This document shows, piece by piece, positions 58,951 through 64,000 of a DNA stretch of 64,000 nucleotides. Numbering within the stretch: position 1 is the first letter of the stretch; every line of letters starts with the position of its first letter. Origin of the DNA: Candidatus Omnitrophota bacterium (GTDB lineage: Bacteria > Omnitrophota > Gorgyraeia > Zapsychrales > Zapsychraceae); assembly GCA_029261055.1 (NCBI GenBank), contig JAJDCA010000026.1, positions 5,747-69,746 on the forward strand. The letters are read 5' to 3'. The notes below the pieces were generated by a model. It searched no databases. It was not told the origin of the DNA and saw only the letters and a list, made by a program, of their open reading frames with translations. A program made the position numbers and the translations under genes.

Positions 58951-60105
58951 AAAGAAAACAAACTAGCCCCCGTTACCTATTGCGAAATAGACTTAAAGGC
59001 CATTCGACACAATGTTAAAGCCTTGCGTCATTTTGCAGCCTCCCGGAAACTGCACAATATTTCCCGCCCATCGACATTACAGCTTTTAGCCGTCATTAAA
59101 GCAGATGCGTATGGTCATGGAATGGAGCCGATCGGTCATTTATTGGATGAGCTTGGTATTGATTTTTTTGGTGTTTCCGATGTGTTTGAAGGAATGCGCC
59201 TGCGGGCAGCTGGACTGAAGAAGCCGATTTTGTTATTTGAAACAACGCTGGCGGCACAGGCTCAACACATTGTTGATTACCAATTAATGCCAACGGTTTG
59301 TACCCTGGATGTGGCGCAGGCCTTAAATCGGTATGCCCAGCAAAAAAAACAGTCCCTTAAAGTTCATGTCAAAGTAGATACAGGGATGGGGCGTTTAGGG
59401 GTGTGGTACAAAGATGCCATTACTTTTGTGCAAAAGATCATGGCGTTGAAATATTTGGTGATCCAGGGGGTTTTTACGCATTTCCCGGTAGCTGACACGG
59501 ATTGTGCTTTCACAGAAAAACAAATTAAGCAGTTAACCACATTAGTGCAGCAGTTAGATCAAAAGGGGCTAGTGATTCCGTACGTGCATGCGGCTAATAG
59601 CATGGGGCTGACCGGGTATCAAGTTGATGTTTTAAATCTTTCACGTCCAGGGCTCACGATCTACGGCCTTTATCCTGATTCAAAAATAAAAACAAAAATT
59701 AATCTCAAGCCAGCCATGAGCATTCGCTCTACAGTTATTTTTTGCAAAGATGTTCTTAAGGGGCAAGGCATTAGCTACGGGCATTCATTTACAGCCAAAA
59801 AAAAGATGAAGGTTGCGGTTGTGCCTATTGGCTACAGTGATGGATACCTCAGAATTTTCTCCAATAAAGCTGATGTGCTGGTGGGCGGTCAACGCTGTCC
59901 TGTCATCGGTCGTGTCACCATGGATCAAGTCATGGTGGATGTTTCCAAGGTCAAAAATACTCGGATCGGAATGGCCGTGACCATTTTAGGAACGCAAAAA
60001 CAAGAGTGCATCACGGCCGAAGAACTTGCCGATCATGCCCAAACCATCAATTACGAAATCGTGTGTTCCCTTGGTAGCCGTTTGCCAAGAATTTACAAAT
60101 CTTAA
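58936..60105 (+). CDS. alr: Alanine racemase
   Basis: PLP lysine motif AVIKADAYGHG; GTG start with RBS AGAGG. Confidence 0.85.
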   Translation: MVSAQKENKLAPVTYCEIDLKAIRHNVKALRHFAASRKLHNISRPSTLQLLAVIKADAYGHGMEPIGHLLDELGIDFFGVSDVFEGMRLRAAGLKKPILLFETTLAAQAQHIVDYQLMPTVCTLDVAQALNRYAQQKKQSLKVHVKVDTGMGRLGVWYKDAITFVQKIMALKYLVIQGVFTHFPVADTDCAFTEKQIKQLTTLVQQLDQKGLVIPYVHAANSMGLTGYQVDVLNLSRPGLTIYGLYPDSKIKTKINLKPAMSIRSTVIFCKDVLKGQGISYGHSFTAKKKMKVAVVPIGYSDGYLRIFSNKADVLVGGQRCPVIGRVTMDQVMVDVSKVKNTRIGMAVTILGTQKQECITAEELADHAQTINYEIVCSLGSRLPRIYKS

Positions 60106-60155
60106 GAATTCAATTGTTGTAACATGTTGAAAATAAACAAAGAAAATTGAGTTAT

Positions 60156-60179
60156 GAAATTGCCCCGCGGGGCAATTTC
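60156..60179. repeat. Perfect 24-nt palindrome GAAATTGCCCCG|CGGGGCAATTTC
   Basis: Direct reading; lies between alr and the next gene. Confidence 0.6.
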
Positions 60180-60222
60180 ACAACTCGCGAAAAGAAAGGA
60201 TTCGTTTGTGAGAAAATATCTA

Positions 60223-60624
60223 ATGAGGCTCGTTATTTTTATTGCCTGTTTCAGTGTTTCTTCATGGGCCTTGGCCGATGTGATTGGGTATGCCGACAAA
60301 GAGGTTCAGGAGATTGCGGAACCGATTTTGGATGGCATTCTTCAGGGTTTTAAGGACAATGATTACACCCAATACGCCAAAAATTTTGATGACATGCTTA
60401 AAGAATCTGTGCCAGAAAAACGCTTTTTAGCCGTCGACCAACAGATTGAAGGTTCCATGGGAGAGTTTAAATCCAGAGAATATTTGGGATTTCTGAATCA
60501 GGGCCAAATTACCGTCATCCTTTGGAAAGGCCAATTCGAAAAAAGCGAAAACGACATCTTGATCAAACTCGTCATCTCCAAACGCGCCAACACATTCGTC
60601 GTCACCGGGTTGTGGTTTCAGTAG
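60223..60624 (+). CDS. Small secreted hypothetical protein
   Basis: Signal peptide MRLVIFIACFSVSSWALA. ATG 60223 is preferred over the track start 60154. Confidence 0.5.
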   Translation: MRLVIFIACFSVSSWALADVIGYADKEVQEIAEPILDGILQGFKDNDYTQYAKNFDDMLKESVPEKRFLAVDQQIEGSMGEFKSREYLGFLNQGQITVILWKGQFEKSENDILIKLVISKRANTFVVTGLWFQ

Positions 60625-60649
60625 AGAAAAAGTGCGGCGTAAATTTATT

Positions 60650-60675
60650 TGATATGATATCACAGATATGATATA
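60650..60675. promoter_or_regulatory. Putative TA operator: palindrome TGATATGATATCA and two GATATGATAT direct repeats
   Basis: About 25 nt upstream of the RHH gene start. It overlaps a TATGAT -10-like hexamer. Confidence 0.4.
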
Positions 60676-60699
60676 CTTCTAGTAAAGGAGGAGAAAATC

Positions 60700-60942
60700 A
60701 TGGTAAGAACTTTAATTGGAATATCTCAAGACGACAAACAATGGTTGGAGCGGTACAGTCATTCGTGTCATCAATCTATGGCTCAGACTATTCGTCTGGC
60801 CATTCAGGCATTTCGTCAGCAGAATAGAAAAGGGATGCAAAAAAATGTTTTTAAACAGACTGCAGGGTTGTGGAAAGGGCGAAAAATAGACAGCCAAGAA
60901 TATGTGCAGAAATTACGTAAAGAATGGGATGGGGCATTTTGA
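60700..60942 (+). CDS. Ribbon-helix-helix (CopG/VapB-like) antitoxin
   Basis: 80 aa with a strong RBS AAGGAGGAG. It overlaps the downstream PIN gene. Confidence 0.55.
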   Translation: MVRTLIGISQDDKQWLERYSHSCHQSMAQTIRLAIQAFRQQNRKGMQKNVFKQTAGLWKGRKIDSQEYVQKLRKEWDGAF

Positions 60943-61310
60943 GTCCAAAATATCTTATTGATACGGTAATATTGATTGAGCACCTTAATGGCCTTAAAAA
61001 AGCTACGGATTGGCTGGCTGCACTAAAGGATGGGGAAGCGGTTATTTCTGTCATTACCTATGCGGAAGTCCTAGCAGGGATTAAAGATGGAGAAGAGGAT
61101 GAAATTTATTCTTTTTTAGACTATTTTACATGTTTTCCTATTCAGGTATCCACTGCTAAGCTAGCGGCTAGTTTACGCCGGAAATGGCGTTGGAAATTGC
61201 CGGATGCCTTTCAGGCTGCACTTGCCACAGAAAATCAAATTTACTTAGTAACCCGCAATACAAAAGATTTTTCTTCAAAAAAGCATACCTTTGTCAAAAT
61301 TCCGTATTAA
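60939..61310 (+). CDS. vapC: PIN-domain toxin VapC family
   Basis: YLIDTVILIEHL ... acidic residues typical of PIN. The start is either TTG 60939 (TTGA overlap) or ATG 60924. Confidence 0.6.
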   Translation: MSPKYLIDTVILIEHLNGLKKATDWLAALKDGEAVISVITYAEVLAGIKDGEEDEIYSFLDYFTCFPIQVSTAKLAASLRRKWRWKLPDAFQAALATENQIYLVTRNTKDFSSKKHTFVKIPY

Positions 61311-61430
61311 ATTTCTTTATTTGAAGGGGTATTGGGACTTTTTCATAAAATAATTAAAATATTTTTTTAATAAAACTGTAACTAATTGGTATTAAATATG
61401 TTGTAGTAAGAATTATTTGACCTCCCACCC

Positions 61431-61458
61431 TTGCCGATTGTCCAGAATATGTTATCCT
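61431..61458 (+). promoter_or_regulatory. Promoter TTGCCG-N16-TGT-TATCCT, paralogous to 36649-36676
   Basis: Alignment of the two leaders. Confidence 0.45.
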
Positions 61459-61464
61459 TTCAGC

Positions 61465-61546
61465 GTACAACGTAAGAAATCGGTTTCTTAACAATATCCT
61501 ACCAATAAAGGCCTGCATGCAGGTTTTAACCTCGCCACGGATTGGT
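61465..61546 (+). promoter_or_regulatory. Second copy of the conserved structured leader (hairpin GAAA-TCGG-TTTC; ACCAAT ... CCTGCATGCAGG ... GCCACGGATTGGT)
   Basis: Aligned with 36683-36765; covarying internal hairpin. Confidence 0.5.
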
Positions 61547-61555
61547 AATTCTTGA

Positions 61556-61720
61556 AAAGAAGTAAGAATCAAGGTGTAGAGAATTAGGTAATTATTTTTT
61601 TTACCGCATAGGAAAGCATAAAACTTTCCTATCGGCATTGAAAATACGCCTTCAGGTTATCGCCAAAGGCGATTTTCTTGTTTCTCTACCTCGTATTCCT
61701 CTACTTCTTTCTTTACTTAA
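61556..61720. repeat. Purine arm (61556-61587) and pyrimidine arm (61681-61720) of the hairpin-repeat family, here enclosing the bamA-type 78-nt motif
   Basis: AAGAAGTAAGAATCAAGGTGTAGAGAA versus TTCTCTACCTCGTATTCCTCTACTTCTT. Confidence 0.55.
61604..61680 (+). promoter_or_regulatory. Second copy of the bamA 5'-UTR motif
   Basis: About 85% identical to 19666-19743. Confidence 0.5.
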
Positions 61721-61737
61721 CCCAAGGAGAAAATCCA

Positions 61738-64000
61738 TGAATACAACTATTCACAAATACAAAACCCGTCTTTATTACCGAATATTTTCTGCCTTTGTGG
61801 CGGTGGCATTTTTGACAACGACTATTGTGCCGCGGGGTTTTGCGCAGAATGTGTCTGTGCCTGCGCCAATAGGTGTCAACTTGCCGGCTGTAGGTAGTCT
61901 GGTGACGGCCAGTGAGGCCTTTACGCCTACCATGATTAAAGGTTTAACCATTCATCCGGAGAATCCGTTGCAATTTGATTTTATTGTGGATACGGGGAAT
62001 ACCGGCCTGAAGCAAGGGCAAGCATTGAAGGATGAAACCACCAAATTGGTGAAATATTTTTTGGCATCGTTGACTGTTCCCGAAGATGAAATGTGGGTCA
62101 ATTTGAGTCCGTATGAAAGTGATCGTATTATTGCCGAAGGATTAGGGCAAACGGATATGGGGCGCGACATGTTAGCCCAGGATTATTTGCTCAAACAGCT
62201 CACCGCTTCCTTGATGTATCCGGAAGAAGAGTTGGGAAATACATTTTGGCAAAGAGTGTATGAGCGGGCGTATGAAGAGTTTGGTGTCACGGATATTCCG
62301 ACGAATACATTTAACAAAGTATGGATTGTGCCGGAGAAGGCTGTGATTTACGAACAAGCTGAGACGGCGAGCACGTATGTGTTGGAGAGTCATTTGAAGG
62401 TGATGTTGGAGGAGGATTATGTCGCGATGGAGAACGCGGATCGTAGGGGTTTGATTCATCAAACCCAAGAAAAGGGCGTGATGAATCACGCCCCTACGGA
62501 TATTATTCGCGAATTGCTTATTCCCGAAATCGAACGCGAAGTCAACGAAGGCAAGACCTTTGCCAATCTACGCCAAATCTACAATTCCATGATCCTGGCC
62601 GAGTGGTACAAGCACAATCTCAAAGAATCATTGTTAGGGCAAGTGTATGTCGGGCAAAACAAAATTAAGGGTATTAATACCGAAGACAAAGACATAGCTC
62701 AAAAAATTTACAATCAATACATCAAATCATTTAAGACAGGCGTCTACGACTACATCCGCGAAGACTACGACCCTGCGACCAATCAAATCATCCCAAGAAA
62801 ATATTTCTCTGGAGGGATCCTTCGAGCGAAACGCTCCATGTTCACCGTACTCACGGATGCTGCCGAGATAAGCGCAACCCAAGCCGACGATCTATTCTAC
62901 TTAGGAACTCCTCAATACCTCGCCCCCGTCGACATGGCCGAACTAGGAACAGATGCGGCCGAAGTGATGGAAATTGAACGTGCGTTGAGAAATACGAAAT
63001 CTATTAAAACAGCCTTAACAGATGCATCAATGATGGAAAGAAAAGTATCAAAAAAAAGTTTAGCTCTATTAAAAAAACTTAAAAACAAGAAAAATGTATC
63101 AATCCTTGTTGCAGAAGATGATCCTCGAATGGCTAAAAATATTGAGAATCATTTTTCTAAAGATAAAAAGTATTCTATTACAATTGCACGCGAAGGAATT
63201 TCTTTTTTTGCTTTTGCGCACAATAAACCAGAGAGCTTTGATGTAATTGTTTCAGACGTTAGTTTGCCTTCTATGAGCGGTATTGAAGTTGCAAAAAAAT
63301 TACATAAGGAGGATAAGCTTGATACCCCCATACTAATTATGACTGGGTATGATATAGACAAAATTGAAGAAAATGCGCCGCCTAATGTCATTAAGGTGTT
63401 TTCTAAGCGTGTGTTTGGGGGGTCTGTTTTTAAAGATATTCAGAATTTTATTGAAGGAAAAGAAAACGAAGCTGACGACGCCATGTCGTCAAATACAAAG
63501 AAATTTAAAGGAAACATTTTAAGCAAGATTAAGGGATATTCTAATAGTCGAAATGCTTATCAGCAATTGGCCTATTATTATGAAGATGAAATACGTCGGG
63601 TGCGGAATGCTTCGGGTTTTTTGTTTTTCATTAAACCTATCTGGATAACTTATTTGAAGGCAAAAGCGGTAGGTTCTTACAAGAAAGTTATTGAGCTTGA
63701 GAAGGGGGATGTAAATAAATATAAAACGTATGAAGATTTCTCGAAATATTTTGGTGGTCGTAAGGCAGCCACGAAGGATCTTGATCTTGCACGTGATATC
63801 GTCACAAAGCATTTTTTAAATAGGTATGCTAAGCGAAAGGGTCTAGGGTTAATTTCTGTGAATGAAAGTGTTAATTTTCCGCATTACATTGTTGGTAAGT
63901 ATTCTGTAGAAGATGCTGCACGTTCTGTGACTAATAGTAATTTGAATATTTTTACTCATGATTATGGTGATCAAAAGGCTAAGGTCGCCTTGGTAACGGC
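61738..64000 (+). CDS. Partial giant protein (3' end runs beyond the window): paralogous N-terminal module, then a CheY-like receiver (REC) domain at about 63095-63410, then an AT-rich K/E-rich region
   Basis: ATG 61738 with RBS AAGGAG and no stop before the window end. The N-terminus MNTTIHKYKTRLYYRIFSAFVAVAFLTTTIVP ... matches 36888. REC motifs are ILVAEDD, DVIVSDVSLPSMSG, ILIMTG and KVFSKRV. Confidence 0.8.

Noticed and set aside
61354-61638. 94-aa minus-strand ORF in the long leader of the second giant gene
   Set aside because: It overlaps the conserved promoter, leader and repeat elements. It has no RBS, and its conservation is better explained at the nucleotide and structure level.
1-64000. 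CRISPR arrays, rRNA genes, prophage or integrase genes
   Set aside because: There are no regularly spaced direct repeats, no rRNA-like conserved stretches, and no phage-type ORFs. The only transposase-like gene is the RAYT.

Overview
This is a roughly 64 kb chromosomal segment from a low-GC bacterium (about 40% by eye; I could not compute it). Its gene order is Firmicutes-like: ispE, glmU-prs-ctc-pth, rpsF-ssb-rpsR, rplI-dnaB, mcsA-mcsB-clpC ... radA-yacL-ispD-ispF-cysE-cysS, and tmk-holB-yaaT-metG. It also encodes a full diderm envelope toolkit: bamA, skp, lpxD, a fused lpxC-fabZ, lpxA, lpxI and lolCDE. There is one tRNA-Gln(UUG) and no rRNA or CRISPR.

Accessory content sits at the edges and in one island.
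- At the 5' end is a partial giant protein (more than 2385 aa) built from tandem LamG domains. GC-rich linkers that are near-identical across copies alternate with divergent AT-rich LamG cassettes.
- The giant gene ends inside a REP palindrome. A REP-associated tyrosine transposase (RAYT) follows immediately and carries in-frame copies of its own REP (GAGACGCCATTTATGGCGTCTC). A further REP lies between ssb and rpsR.
- A roughly 10 kb insertion separates clpC from radA. It holds a secreted hypothetical protein, a 2395-aa AT-rich Lys/Glu-rich giant protein, and an AAA+/DUF4143 ATPase.
- The giant protein's roughly 360-aa N-terminal module, its promoter and a structured 5' leader are duplicated at the 3' end of the window. 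There they sit upstream of a second, partial giant gene that carries a CheY-like receiver domain.
- Five families of short dispersed repeats and hairpins occupy intergenic regions.
- Two toxin-antitoxin-like pairs are present (DUF4258/DUF2283 and RHH/PIN).
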